Of a stretch of 64,000 nucleotides of DNA, positions 8,964 to 18,827 are shown piece by piece. The notes beneath the pieces are model-generated. The model saw only the letters and a list, made by a program, of their open reading frames with translations. It made no database searches and had not been told where the DNA came from. Numbering within the stretch: position 1 is the stretch's first letter; each line of letters starts with the position of its first letter. Position numbers and translations under genes: made by a program. The stretch comes from Hyphomicrobiaceae bacterium (lineage in GTDB: Bacteria > Pseudomonadota > Alphaproteobacteria > Rhizobiales > Hyphomicrobiaceae): the NCBI GenBank assembly GCA_041745515.1, contig JBGTIU010000202.1, positions 1,145 through 65,144 of the forward strand. The letters are read 5' to 3'.

Positions 8964-11267
8964 ATGCGCATTGCCTGCGTTGGTGGCGGTCCCGCAGGGC
9001 TATATTTTGCCATCAGCATGAAGCTGCACGACGCATCGCACGATATCGTCGTGATCGAGCGCAATCTGGCCAATGACACGTTCGGCTGGGGCGTGGTGTT
9101 GTCCGACGAGACCCTGTTCAACCTGAGCGCCAATGATGCCGACAGCGCCGACAAGATCCGACGCGATTTTATCTATTGGGATGATGTCGCGGTGCATAAA
9201 CGCGGCACCGTCATGCGGTCGGGAGGTCACGGGTTCTGCGGCATCGGCCGTCGGCGGTTGCTGCAAATACTCCAGGACCGCGCGCATTCGCTGGGCATAG
9301 GGCTTGAGTTCGATACGGAGGTCGACAATCTCGACGCGTACCGTTCCCATGACCTCGTTCTGGCGGCCGATGGAGTGAATTCCAAAGTGCGCGACCGCTA
9401 CGCGGACGTGTTCAAGCCCGATATCGACGTGCGTGCGAGCAAATACATCTGGCTCGGCACCAACCAGAAATTCGAAAACGCATTCACATTCATTTTCGAA
9501 GAGCGGCCCGAGGGATGGATCTGGGCGCATGCCTACGAGTTCGATCGCGATACCGCGACTTTCATCATCGAATGCTCCGAGGCGACGTGGCGACGTTTCG
9601 GGTTCGACCAGATGGATCAAGGCGAAACCCTCGCAGCGTGCGAGAGAATTTTCGCCAACCGGCTCGGAGGCCACCGGTTGCTGACCAATGCGCGTCACGC
9701 GAGGGGCTCGGCGTGGCTGAATTTCAATCGTGTCCTGTGCGATAGGTGGTCGCATGGCAACATCGTTCTGATGGGCGACGCCGCCGCCACCGCGCATTTC
9801 TCGATCGGTTCCGGGACCAAGCTCGCACTTGAAAGCGCGATCTCGCTGGCGGGCTTCCTGCATAGTGAACCGACGCGAGCGGCAGCCGTCGCGCGCTATG
9901 AGCGGGACCGTCGGACTGAAGTCTTGAAATTGCAGAGCGCCGCCCGCAACTCGACTGAGTGGTTCGAGAACATCGAACGCTATCTGCTGCTTGATCCCGT
10001 GCAGTTCAACTATGCGCTGCTGACACGTTCGCAACGGATCGGCCACGAGAACCTGCGCGCCCGCGACCGCACATGGACGGCGAACGCCGAAACCTGGTTC
10101 GAGCATACGGCGACGGGTGAAATGCCTGCGGCGACGCGTCCGCCTATGTTCACGCCCTTCCGATTGCGCGGGCTCGAGCTCGCCAATCGCATCGTGGTAT
10201 CGCCGATGGCACAGTACCGCGCGATCGAGGGCGCGCCGACGGACTGGCATTTCGTGCACTATGCCGAGCGCGCGAAGGGCGGCGCCGGCCTCGTCGTCAC
10301 CGAGATGACCTGCGTTTCTCCCGAAGGGCGGATCACACCGAGCTGCACCGGCATTTATGCGCCGGAACACGAGGCGGCGTGGCGGCGCATCGTCGAATTC
10401 ATCCACGTTGAGACCGACGCCAAAGTTGCCATTCAGCTCGGCCATTCGGGTCCGAAGGGCTCGACCCAGCTCGGCTGGGAAACGATGGATGCGCCACTTG
10501 AAGCGGACAATTGGGAAGTGATGGCGCCGTACCCGGTGGCCTGGTCGCCGGTCAATCAGGTCCCCCGCGCAATGACGCGCACCGACATGGACCAGGTGCG
10601 CAACGAATTTGTCCGCGCCACGCACATGGCCGACCGTGCCGGCTTCGACATGCTCGAGCTGCACTATGCGCACGGGTACTTGTTGTCGGCTTTCATTACT
10701 CCGCTGACCAACCGGCGCACCGACAACTATGGCGGCGGGCTGGAGAACCGCATGCGCTTTCCACTCGAAGTGTTCCGCGATGTCCGCGCCGCATGGCCGG
10801 CCGCCAAGCCGATCTCGGTGCGCATTTCGGCCAATGACTGGGTTGGTGTGGAGGGGATTACGCCGCACGATGCGGTCGATATTGTTCGCATGCTCAAGTC
10901 GGCGGGTGTCGATATCGTCGACGTGTCTGCCGGACAAACGTCGATCAGGGCGCAGCCTGTCTATGGCCGCATGTTTCAGACGCCGTTCTCCGACCGCATC
11001 CGCAACGAGGTCGGCATTGCCACCATGGCGGTCGGCAACATCTACGAGGCCGACCACGTCAATTCGATCCTGATGGCCGGGCGCGCCGATCTGTGCTGCC
11101 TCGCGCGCCCGCATCTGGCTAACCCGTACTGGACACTGCATGCCGCCGCCGAGCTGGGCTACTCGAAACAGGGTTGGCCGAAACCTTATTATGCCGGGCG
11201 CGATCAGCTTAACCGACTGAAGGGCCGCATCGATCATGGCACTGGACCCGACGGAGGGTTGGTGTGA
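8964..11267 (+). CDS. Bifunctional aromatic acyl-CoA monooxygenase/reductase (salicylyl-CoA 5-hydroxylase / 2-aminobenzoyl-CoA monooxygenase-reductase type)
   Basis: N-terminal FAD GxGxxG ([13 protein letters not shown]) monooxygenase half fused to a C-terminal Old-Yellow-Enzyme-like NADH:flavin oxidoreductase half ([10 protein letters not shown]...HFVHY...[15 protein letters not shown]). Confidence 0.9.
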   Translation: MRIACVGGGPAGLYFAISMKLHDASHDIVVIERNLANDTFGWGVVLSDETLFNLSANDADSADKIRRDFIYWDDVAVHKRGTVMRSGGHGFCGIGRRRLLQILQDRAHSLGIGLEFDTEVDNLDAYRSHDLVLAADGVNSKVRDRYADVFKPDIDVRASKYIWLGTNQKFENAFTFIFEERPEGWIWAHAYEFDRDTATFIIECSEATWRRFGFDQMDQGETLAACERIFANRLGGHRLLTNARHARGSAWLNFNRVLCDRWSHGNIVLMGDAAATAHFSIGSGTKLALESAISLAGFLHSEPTRAAAVARYERDRRTEVLKLQSAARNSTEWFENIERYLLLDPVQFNYALLTRSQRIGHENLRARDRTWTANAETWFEHTATGEMPAATRPPMFTPFRLRGLELANRIVVSPMAQYRAIEGAPTDWHFVHYAERAKGGAGLVVTEMTCVSPEGRITPSCTGIYAPEHEAAWRRIVEFIHVETDAKVAIQLGHSGPKGSTQLGWETMDAPLEADNWEVMAPYPVAWSPVNQVPRAMTRTDMDQVRNEFVRATHMADRAGFDMLELHYAHGYLLSAFITPLTNRRTDNYGGGLENRMRFPLEVFRDVRAAWPAAKPISVRISANDWVGVEGITPHDAVDIVRMLKSAGVDIVDVSAGQTSIRAQPVYGRMFQTPFSDRIRNEVGIATMAVGNIYEADHVNSILMAGRADLCCLARPHLANPYWTLHAAAELGYSKQGWPKPYYAGRDQLNRLKGRIDHGTGPDGGLV

Positions 11268-11313
11268 TGGCGTCGTTCGGCACTACAGTGGCGGTCATTG
11301 GACGGGTTGGACT

Positions 11314-11805
11314 ATGACCGTTCGCGCCGAGCGTCAGCGCAAGATCATGTCGATCACGACTGCTAAGTTGAAGCTGCGTCTTTGGCTGCGGCTGCTGCGC
11401 GCATCGCGTGCTGTCGAGGCAAATCTGCGAGAGCGGTTGCGGCTTGAATTCAGTGTCACGCTGCCGCAATTTGATGTGCTCGCGGCATTGTCGCGCAAAC
11501 AGACCGGCATGACCATGTCCGAGTTGTCGCGCTACCTGATGGTATCGAACGGCAACGTGACCGGCATCATTGATCGGCTGGTGGCGGATCGCATGGTGAT
11601 CCGCACCACAAAGCAGGGCGACCGCCGGACGACCTTCGTACGCATGACGCGCGAGGGCGCGGCGCGGTTCGTGATCATGGCGCGAGCGCACGAGACCTGG
11701 GTGGCGGCCATGCTGTCCGGACTAAGCCTTTCGGAAGCCGATCAAATGATCGATTTGCTAACCTCGGTGGAACCCGACAAGCACCATGAAGGATTCCATG
11801 CATGA
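11314..11805 (+). CDS. MarR family transcriptional regulator
   Basis: Winged-helix MarR pattern ([10 protein letters not shown]...[30 protein letters not shown]). Start is 11314 or 11347. The stop overlaps the next start (ATGA). Confidence 0.85.
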   Translation: MTVRAERQRKIMSITTAKLKLRLWLRLLRASRAVEANLRERLRLEFSVTLPQFDVLAALSRKQTGMTMSELSRYLMVSNGNVTGIIDRLVADRMVIRTTKQGDRRTTFVRMTREGAARFVIMARAHETWVAAMLSGLSLSEADQMIDLLTSVEPDKHHEGFHA

Positions 11806-12611
11806 GTTTGCAATACTTGAAACCAAAGCATTTCAAATGGCGGATGGATGGAAACGTTGCGGTCGTCTCTCTCGCGCGGCCCGAGCGCAAGAACCCATTG
11901 ACGTTCGAAAGCTATGCCGAGCTTCGTGACACCTTCCGGGCGCTGACCGACTGCGATGAGGTGAAGTCCGTCGTTATTGCTTCGAACGGCGGCAATTTCT
12001 GCTCGGGCGGCGACGTGCACGAGATCATCGGGCCGCTGATCGACCGGGATATGAAAGGGCTGCTCGCTTTCACGCGGATGACCGGCGATCTGGTCAAAGC
12101 CATCCGCGCCTGCCCGCAGCCGGTCATCGCCGCGGTCGACGGCGTATGTGTTGGTGCGGGAGCCATGATCGCGCTGTTCTCCGATCTGCGGATCGGTACG
12201 ACCGGCGCCAAGACCGCGTTCCTGTTCACGCGGGTCGGACTTGCCGGCTGTGACATGGGCGCGTGCGCAATGCTGCCGCGCGTAATCGGGCAGGGGCGCG
12301 CGGCGGAACTGTTGTTCAGCGGGCGCACAATGTCCGCCGAAGAGGGCGAGCGATGGGGGTTCTTCAATCGTCTGGTTGGTGCCGACACGCTTGAAGCCGA
12401 TGCAATCGCGACCGCGCATCGTCTGGCAGAGGGCCCAACGTTCGGCCACATGATGACCAAGACAATGCTCAACCAGGAATGGTCGATGACCCTCGATCAG
12501 GCGCTGGAGGCCGAGGCGCAAGCGCAGGCGATTTGCATGCAGACGCGGGATTTTAAGCGGGCCTACGGCGCCTTCATCGCCAAGCAGAAGCCGTTGTTCG
12601 CCGGAGACTGA
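11802..12611 (+). CDS. Enoyl-CoA hydratase/isomerase (crotonase) family protein
   Basis: Crotonase-fold signature ([10 protein letters not shown]...[16 protein letters not shown]). Confidence 0.9.
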   Translation: MSLQYLKPKHFKWRMDGNVAVVSLARPERKNPLTFESYAELRDTFRALTDCDEVKSVVIASNGGNFCSGGDVHEIIGPLIDRDMKGLLAFTRMTGDLVKAIRACPQPVIAAVDGVCVGAGAMIALFSDLRIGTTGAKTAFLFTRVGLAGCDMGACAMLPRVIGQGRAAELLFSGRTMSAEEGERWGFFNRLVGADTLEADAIATAHRLAEGPTFGHMMTKTMLNQEWSMTLDQALEAEAQAQAICMQTRDFKRAYGAFIAKQKPLFAGD

Positions 12612-12614
12612 CCG

Positions 12615-13772
12615 ATGAGCGACCGGAGTTTTTTGTCGTGGCCATTCTTCGAGGATCGGCATCGTGTGCTTGTCGATCGGCTGGAGGCCTGGGCAGTGCA
12701 GAAGCTCGGCGATGTTGGCCACGACGATGTCGACGCCACCTGCCGCCGGCTGATCGCAGAACTGGGGCAGGCGGGTTGGCTCGAGCACACAGCGCCCGAT
12801 CCCGCCGATCCCGCGTCGAAACTCGACGTGAGGACGCTTGCGCTGATCCGCGAGACCCTGGCCCGGCACGCCGGCCTCTCGGATTTCGCGTTCGCGATGC
12901 AGGGACTGGGCGCGGGCCCGATTTCCTTGTTCGGAACGGCGGATCAGCGCCGGTACTGGCTGCCGCTCACGCGCAGCGGCCGGGCGATTGCCGCGTTCGC
13001 GCTATCAGAGCCGGCGTCGGGCTCCGACGTCGCCAACATCTCGACGACCGCCCGTGTAACTGACGACGGCTATGTCCTCGACGGCGAGAAGACATGGATC
13101 TCCAACGGAGGCATCGCCGATCTCTACGTCGTTTTCGCTCGCACAGGTGAGGCGCCAGGTGCGAAAGGGCTATCCGCATTCATCGTACCGGCGAAAACGC
13201 CCGGTCTCACCATTGCGGAACGCATCGATGTGATCGCGCCACATCCCCTGGCGCGCATTACCTTCAGCGACTGCCGCATCCCACCAGCATCGTTGATCGG
13301 CCGGCAGGGCGGTGGCTTTGCCATCGCTATGGCGACGCTCGACGTATTCCGCCCGACCGTCGGTGCGGCGGCGCTCGGGTTCGGACGCCGGGCGCTGGAC
13401 GAAACGGTCGCCAGAGCGACGCAGCGTCGGCTTTTCGGCGCACCGCTCAGCAAATTGCAGATGGTGCAGGGCCATGTCGCTGACATGGCGCTAGCGATCG
13501 ATGCCGCGGCATTGCTCGTCTATCGAGCCGCTTGGGCCAAGGACATGGGTGCTGCCCGCATCACGCGCGAAGCGGCGATGGCCAAGCTCTACGCCACCGA
13601 AATTGCCCAGCAAATCATCGATCAGGCGGTGCAGGTCCACGGTGGCGACGGCGTGCGGTCCGGCCACCCGGTCGAAACGCTTTACCGGGAGATCAGAGCA
13701 CTCAGGATCTATGAGGGAGCCTCCGATGTTCAAAAAGTGGTTATCGCGCGCGCAGTTCTCGACGGCGTCTAA
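12615..13772 (+). CDS. Acyl-CoA dehydrogenase family protein
   Basis: ACAD motifs ([12 protein letters not shown]...; C-terminal [15 protein letters not shown]). Confidence 0.9.
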   Translation: MSDRSFLSWPFFEDRHRVLVDRLEAWAVQKLGDVGHDDVDATCRRLIAELGQAGWLEHTAPDPADPASKLDVRTLALIRETLARHAGLSDFAFAMQGLGAGPISLFGTADQRRYWLPLTRSGRAIAAFALSEPASGSDVANISTTARVTDDGYVLDGEKTWISNGGIADLYVVFARTGEAPGAKGLSAFIVPAKTPGLTIAERIDVIAPHPLARITFSDCRIPPASLIGRQGGGFAIAMATLDVFRPTVGAAALGFGRRALDETVARATQRRLFGAPLSKLQMVQGHVADMALAIDAAALLVYRAAWAKDMGAARITREAAMAKLYATEIAQQIIDQAVQVHGGDGVRSGHPVETLYREIRALRIYEGASDVQKVVIARAVLDGV

Positions 13773-15423
13773 CCCGGCCAAGGAGCGTGCATGCCTCGGA
13801 CCTAGTGCGCACGTCGACACGTTTGCGCGTGACCATCTGCCGCCTCGCGAACTGTGGCCGGAATTGCTGCTCGACCGCCCCGAGTTTCAGTATCCAGATT
13901 TCCTGAACGCCGCGGTCGAGCTTACCGATGCAATCGTCGCGCGAGGCCTCGGTGACAATGTTGCGCTGATCGGCAACGGCCGCCGCCGCACGTACAAGGA
14001 GCTTTCAGATTGGACCAACCGCCTCGCCCACGCGCTCGTCGAGAACTACGGCGTCAAGCCGGGCAACCGCGTGCTGATCCGTTCCGGCAACAATCCGGCG
14101 ATGGTGGCGGCGTGGTTGGCGGCGACCAAAGCCGGTGCCGTGGTCGTAAACACGATGTCGATGCTGCGCGCCGGCGAGCTGACCAAGATCGTCGACAAAG
14201 CTGAAATCGCCCTCGCGCTTTGCGACAGCCGCATGGCCGATGAGATCAACGCGTGCGCTAAGGACAGTCTGTTCCTGAAAACCGTCGTCTGCTTCGATGG
14301 CACGTCCAACCACGATGCCGAGCTCGATCGGGTGGCGCTCGACAAGCCGGTGAAGTTCAATGCAGTGAGGACCGGCCGGGACGATGTGGCACTGCTGGGG
14401 TTCACTTCGGGCACCACGGGCGAGCCCAAAGCCACGATGCACTTCCATCGCGACCTGCTGATCATTGCCGATGGCTACGCTCGCGAAGTGCTGGCCGTCA
14501 CGCCTGACGACGTGTTCGTTGGTTCGCCGCCTTTGGCATTTACTTTCGGGCTCGGCGGCTTGGCGATCTTTCCGCTCCGGTTCGGCGCGACGGCAACGCT
14601 GCTTGAGAACGCCGCGCCGCCGAACATGATCTCGATCATCGAAACCTACAAGGCGACGATCAGTTTCACCGCGCCTACGGCCTACCGCGCGATGATGGCG
14701 GCGATGGACAAGGGCGCCGATCTGTCCTCGCTCAGGATCGCGGTTTCGGCCGGCGAGACGCTGTCCGCGCCCGTATTCGAGGAATGGACGCGCAAGACCG
14801 GCGTGCCGATTCTCGACGGCATCGGCGCCACCGAGCTGCTGCACATCTTCATCTCGAACCGCGTCGGCGACGCCAAGGCCGGCGCCACGGGGCGCACGGT
14901 CTCGGGCTATGAAGCCAAGGTGGTCGATGACGAAATGCGGGAGGTTGCTGTCGGTGTCGTCGGACGTCTTGCCGTACGTGGGCCCACCGGTTGCCGCTAC
15001 CTCAGCGACGAACGCCAGTGCAATTATGTTCGCGACGGGTGGAACCTGACCGGCGACAGCTTTAGCCGCGACGCCGACGGTGTGTTCCATTTCGCCGCCC
15101 GATCCGACGATATGATCATCTCGGCCGGCTACAACATCGCCGGTCCGGAAGTGGAGGCGGCATTGCTGTCCCACCCGGAGGTCGCCGAATGCGCGGTGAT
15201 CGCGGCGCCGGACACGGAGCGCGGTCAGATCGTCGAGGCCTACGTCGTCCTGAAGCCGGCGATCGTCGGCGACGAGGACTGCGCAAAGCGGCTGCAGGAC
15301 CATGTCAAAGCAGCGATTGCTCCATACAAGTACCCGCGTTCGGTGAAATTCATCGACGCGTTGCCGAAGACTGCAACGGGCAAGCTGCAGAGGTTCAAGC
15401 TGCGGGAAAACCAACCGCATTAG
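13726..15423 (+). CDS. Aryl-CoA ligase (benzoate / 2-aminobenzoate-CoA ligase type, AMP-binding family)
   Basis: AMP-binding motif [11 protein letters not shown] and C-terminal [14 protein letters not shown]. The only in-frame start before the conserved [11 protein letters not shown]-terminus is the ATG at 13726, with GAGGGAG upstream. This start overlaps the upstream gene by 47 nt. Confidence 0.85.
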   Translation: MFKKWLSRAQFSTASNPAKERACLGPSAHVDTFARDHLPPRELWPELLLDRPEFQYPDFLNAAVELTDAIVARGLGDNVALIGNGRRRTYKELSDWTNRLAHALVENYGVKPGNRVLIRSGNNPAMVAAWLAATKAGAVVVNTMSMLRAGELTKIVDKAEIALALCDSRMADEINACAKDSLFLKTVVCFDGTSNHDAELDRVALDKPVKFNAVRTGRDDVALLGFTSGTTGEPKATMHFHRDLLIIADGYAREVLAVTPDDVFVGSPPLAFTFGLGGLAIFPLRFGATATLLENAAPPNMISIIETYKATISFTAPTAYRAMMAAMDKGADLSSLRIAVSAGETLSAPVFEEWTRKTGVPILDGIGATELLHIFISNRVGDAKAGATGRTVSGYEAKVVDDEMREVAVGVVGRLAVRGPTGCRYLSDERQCNYVRDGWNLTGDSFSRDADGVFHFAARSDDMIISAGYNIAGPEVEAALLSHPEVAECAVIAAPDTERGQIVEAYVVLKPAIVGDEDCAKRLQDHVKAAIAPYKYPRSVKFIDALPKTATGKLQRFKLRENQPH

Positions 15424-15449
15424 GCTCCAGTTACCGAGGAAAACAAAAG

Positions 15450-15854
15450 ATGGCCGCACCGAACCAACAGCACCTGCATCCCAATTCCTGGGCGCCGGCC
15501 AACGGCTATGTTAACGGCATTGCCGCGGAGGGCCGGCAGATTTTCATCGCGGGGCAGATCGGCTGGAACGGTGACCAGCAGTTTGCCAGCGACGATTTCG
15601 TCGCGCAGATCGAGCAGGCTCTGCGCAACGTCGTCGAGGTGCTCGCGGTGGCAAATGCTCGCCCCGAGCATCTGGTGCGCCTGACGTGGTACATCATCGA
15701 CAAGCGCGAGTACCTTGCACGGCTGAAGGAGGTCGGCGCCGCCTACCAGCGTGTGCTGGGCAAGCATTTTCCGGCGATGACCATGGTGCAGGTCGTGGCC
15801 CTGATCGAGGACCGGGCGAAGGTCGAGATCGAGGCGACGGCGGTAGTGGGGTGA
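15450..15854 (+). CDS. RidA/YjgF family (reactive enamine/imine deaminase-like) protein
   Basis: YjgF/RidA-like sequence ending VEIEATAVV. GAGGA RBS before the ATG at 15450. Confidence 0.85.
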   Translation: MAAPNQQHLHPNSWAPANGYVNGIAAEGRQIFIAGQIGWNGDQQFASDDFVAQIEQALRNVVEVLAVANARPEHLVRLTWYIIDKREYLARLKEVGAAYQRVLGKHFPAMTMVQVVALIEDRAKVEIEATAVVG

Positions 15855-15878
15855 TTCAGCGGTTCACGCGCCAAGTTC

Positions 15879-17411
15879 TCACAGCGGAATATTGTCGTGC
15901 TTTTTCCACGGGTTTTGGATCCACTTGTCGCGCAGCATGTTGAGCGCGCGGGCCAAGCGGCGGCGCGTGTGGCGGGGCAGGATAACCTCGTCGATATAGC
16001 CCCGTTCAGCCGCCACGAACGGGTTGGCAAACCGGGCCTTGTAGTCGGCGATCCGTTTGTCGATCTTTTCAAGATCCCCAAGCTCTGAGCGATACAGGAT
16101 CTCGGCGGCTCCCTTGGCTCCCATCACCGCGATCTCGGCCGACGGCCAGGCATAGTTCACATCGCCGCGAATGTGTTTCGAGCTCATCACATCGTAGGCC
16201 CCGCCATAGGCCTTGCGAGTGATCAGCGTAACTTTTGGCACGGTCGCTTCTGCAAAGGCGAACAGTAGTTTGGCGCCATGTTTGATCAGCCCGCCGTACT
16301 CCTGCGCCGTCCCAGGCAGGAAGCCCGGCACATCGACGAACGTCACAATCGGTATCTCGAAGCAGTCGCAGAATCGCACAAACCGCGCGGCCTTGCGCGA
16401 GGCGTCGCTGTCAAGCACACCTGCAAGCACCATCGGCTGGTTGGCGACAATGCCTATGGTGCGGCCCTCGATGCGGGCAAAGCCTGTTACGATATTTTTG
16501 GCGAACTGATCCTGTATTTCGAAGAAGTCGGCCTCGTCCACGACCTTGAGGATCAGTACCTTGATGTCATAGGGTTTGTTTGGATTGTCAGGGATCAGGC
16601 TGTCGAGCGAATGATCCTGGCGATCGGCAGGATCTCGCGTCGGCAAGACCGGCACGCCGGCTTTGTTGTTCAGAGGCAGGAAATCCATCAGCCGCCGCAT
16701 CTGCAGTAGTGCTTCGACGTCGTCGTCGTAGGCGCGATCGGCAATGGACGATCTGGTGGTGTGTATTCTGGCACCGCCCAGCTCCTCAGCGCTGACGGTC
16801 TCGTTCGTCACGGTCTTGACCACGTCGGGTCCCGTGACGAACATGTAGCTCGTATCCTTGACCATGAAGATGAAGTCGGTGATGGCGGGCGAGTACACGT
16901 CGCCGCCGGCACACGGCCCCATGATTACGCTGATCTGGGGCACGACGCCCGAGCTCAACGTATTGCGCAGGAACACCTCGCCATAACCGCCGAGTGCCGC
17001 TACGCCCTCCTGAATGCGCGCTCCACCAGCGTCGAACAGACCGATGATCGGCGATCGGTTCTGCAGCGCCATGTCCTGGATCTTGGTGATTTTCTTGGCG
17101 TGCGCCTCCGACAGCGAGCCGCCGAACACGGTGAAGTCCTTAGCGAATACGTAGACCACGCGGCCGTTGATCGTGCCCCAGCCGGTGACGACGCCATCGC
17201 CCGGAATTTTCAAGTTTTCCATCCCGAAGTCAGTCGATCGGTGCTCGACGAACATGTCGAATTCCTCGAAGGACCCTTCGTCCATCAGCAGGTCAATGCG
17301 CTCACGCGCGGTCAGCTTGCCTTTGCTGTGTTGGGCGTCGACGCGCTTCTGTCCACCGCCGGCGCGCGCCTCGGCGCGCCGCCGCTCCAACTCCTGGATA
17401 ATATCTTTCAT
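15879..17411 (-). CDS. pccB: Propionyl-CoA carboxylase beta subunit (carboxyltransferase)
   Basis: Full-length acyl-CoA carboxyltransferase ([21 protein letters not shown]..., 510 aa). Confidence 0.93.
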   Translation of the reverse strand: MKDIIQELERRRAEARAGGGQKRVDAQHSKGKLTARERIDLLMDEGSFEEFDMFVEHRSTDFGMENLKIPGDGVVTGWGTINGRVVYVFAKDFTVFGGSLSEAHAKKITKIQDMALQNRSPIIGLFDAGGARIQEGVAALGGYGEVFLRNTLSSGVVPQISVIMGPCAGGDVYSPAITDFIFMVKDTSYMFVTGPDVVKTVTNETVSAEELGGARIHTTRSSIADRAYDDDVEALLQMRRLMDFLPLNNKAGVPVLPTRDPADRQDHSLDSLIPDNPNKPYDIKVLILKVVDEADFFEIQDQFAKNIVTGFARIEGRTIGIVANQPMVLAGVLDSDASRKAARFVRFCDCFEIPIVTFVDVPGFLPGTAQEYGGLIKHGAKLLFAFAEATVPKVTLITRKAYGGAYDVMSSKHIRGDVNYAWPSAEIAVMGAKGAAEILYRSELGDLEKIDKRIADYKARFANPFVAAERGYIDEVILPRHTRRRLARALNMLRDKWIQNPWKKHDNIPL

Positions 17412-17516
17412 AGGACAATTGCCGCCCGTGTCGCCGCCGAATGGGTCAGAATGCAGAGACGGGGCGCAGCACGCAAGCCGTGATGCGCAAATCGGTCAAT
17501 GGGCTCCAACGTGGCA

Positions 17517-17897
17517 TCAAGCGGAGGATTTCTTCCCGGAATCGCCTGGCGTACCCGCAGTATCGAGGCCTTCATCGCGTACGAAGCGATCCTTGGCCAA
17601 TTGGCCAAGCAGCACCGCGGCGACAATCGCCACCGAAACGATCACGACGAGGAACCACATCAGGCTTTTCGGGATGATCCGTTCCGCCGCCATAGCGCTG
17701 AGCGTCAGGGCCAGAGTGAAGAAGCTTGCGGTCTTGACCATGTCGAGTGCAAACAACAGTCCGTGCCTTGCCGGAGAGGGGTTGCCTTTTCTCACAGCAT
17801 AATTGCGGTGCCACAGCGAAATCAGCGCCACGATCAACCCGGCCAACACGCCTGCAATCAAGCTGTCGCGCCCGAAGTTGGGCCACCAATCAATCAT
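17517..17897 (-). CDS. Small integral membrane protein, hypothetical (3-4 TM segments)
   Basis: Hydrophobic segments. It starts 9 nt downstream of the L,D-transpeptidase stop on the same strand. No family recognised. Confidence 0.55.
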   Translation of the reverse strand: MIDWWPNFGRDSLIAGVLAGLIVALISLWHRNYAVRKGNPSPARHGLLFALDMVKTASFFTLALTLSAMAAERIIPKSLMWFLVVIVSVAIVAAVLLGQLAKDRFVRDEGLDTAGTPGDSGKKSSA

Positions 17898-17906
17898 TGG
17901 AATCTC

Positions 17907-18665
17907 CTACCACCAACCGCCGCCATAGCCGGATCTGTATCGAGAGCCATAGTAGCGCGGTGGCGAATAGTACCGCGGCGATTGATCATAATAGTACCCG
18001 CGAGACTGCTCTCTATAGGGGACAGCGCCAAAACCATAACGCTCTGCCAACTGCCGTTCGGCGGCCAGACCGGCTTCCCGAGCCTTGGCATCGAGCCGTG
18101 CATCAGGATTAACGTAAATGAGGTCGGCGACTTTCGCGGTCTTGAATGCGCCTGCGTCTCTGCGGGAGTTGATCGCAAACACGGGCGCTCCAACGTGAAC
18201 CCGGTCATAAAGGTCAATCACGTCTTCATTGAGCATTCGAATGCAGCCGTTCGACACAGCCCTGCCAATCGAACCGCGCGACGGCGTGCCGTGAATGCGC
18301 AATAGTGACCAATCGAGATAGAGTGCGCGCTGACCCAGCGGATTGGATGGGTCGCCCCCAGCGACCGGAGGCGTACCATCGACCGGTATCCATCGGGGGT
18401 CGACTTTCTTCTCCGAGACGAACGATCGCCCCGTCCACAGCTCCGATTCCTTGCCGATAGCAATGTTATAGCTGATCGCCGCGCTCGCGCCGGTGATGTA
18501 GTAAACCTTGCGCTCGGAATTTACGATGACGACTGTTCCGGGGGCGTACCCTAGGTCTATGGAAACGACCTCGGGCCTGGCAGCAACGGGCGACGCTAGC
18601 AGCGCCAATACGGCCATGGTCGAGCCCAGCGTCGAGCACCATTTCACAGTCCAACCATGCTTCAT
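17907..18665 (-). CDS. L,D-transpeptidase (YkuD domain) with a Tyr/Arg/Gly-rich C-terminal tail
   Basis: Signal peptide, catalytic motif HGTPSRGSIGRAVSNGCIRM and GGAGAA RBS. The tail is ...RGYYYDQSPRYYSPPRYYGSRYRSGYGGGWW. Confidence 0.85.
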   Translation of the reverse strand: MKHGWTVKWCSTLGSTMAVLALLASPVAARPEVVSIDLGYAPGTVVIVNSERKVYYITGASAAISYNIAIGKESELWTGRSFVSEKKVDPRWIPVDGTPPVAGGDPSNPLGQRALYLDWSLLRIHGTPSRGSIGRAVSNGCIRMLNEDVIDLYDRVHVGAPVFAINSRRDAGAFKTAKVADLIYVNPDARLDAKAREAGLAAERQLAERYGFGAVPYREQSRGYYYDQSPRYYSPPRYYGSRYRSGYGGGWW

Positions 18666-18827
18666 GCTACTTCTCCGGCCGCGGACGTCGTAACCAAACG
18701 CATTGTTAATCCGGTCGGTTCACCTGCACAATCAGCTTATGCGCGCATTCGGTAAATGCTGTGCGGTTCAAGTTGAAGTAGACAAGCAGCCGGATGGGCT
18801 ACCCGAGCGCCAACTGTGAGACCGCTG

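Noticed and set aside
9000-11237. Very long antisense ORFs opposite well-supported genes. Examples are 383-1282, 9000-11237, 14005-15459, 21654-22715, 33867-35192, 41229-41924, 55557-56978 and 58316-59293.
   Set aside because: These are typical shadow frames of high-GC DNA. The translations are Arg/Gly/Ala/His-rich with no recognisable motifs, while the opposite strand encodes full-length proteins with clear family signatures.
18666-18827. A cobalamin riboswitch or other leader upstream of mutA or mutB.
   Set aside because: I could not see a B12-box-like conserved core or extended structure. B12 riboswitches normally control cobalamin uptake and synthesis genes rather than mutase genes.
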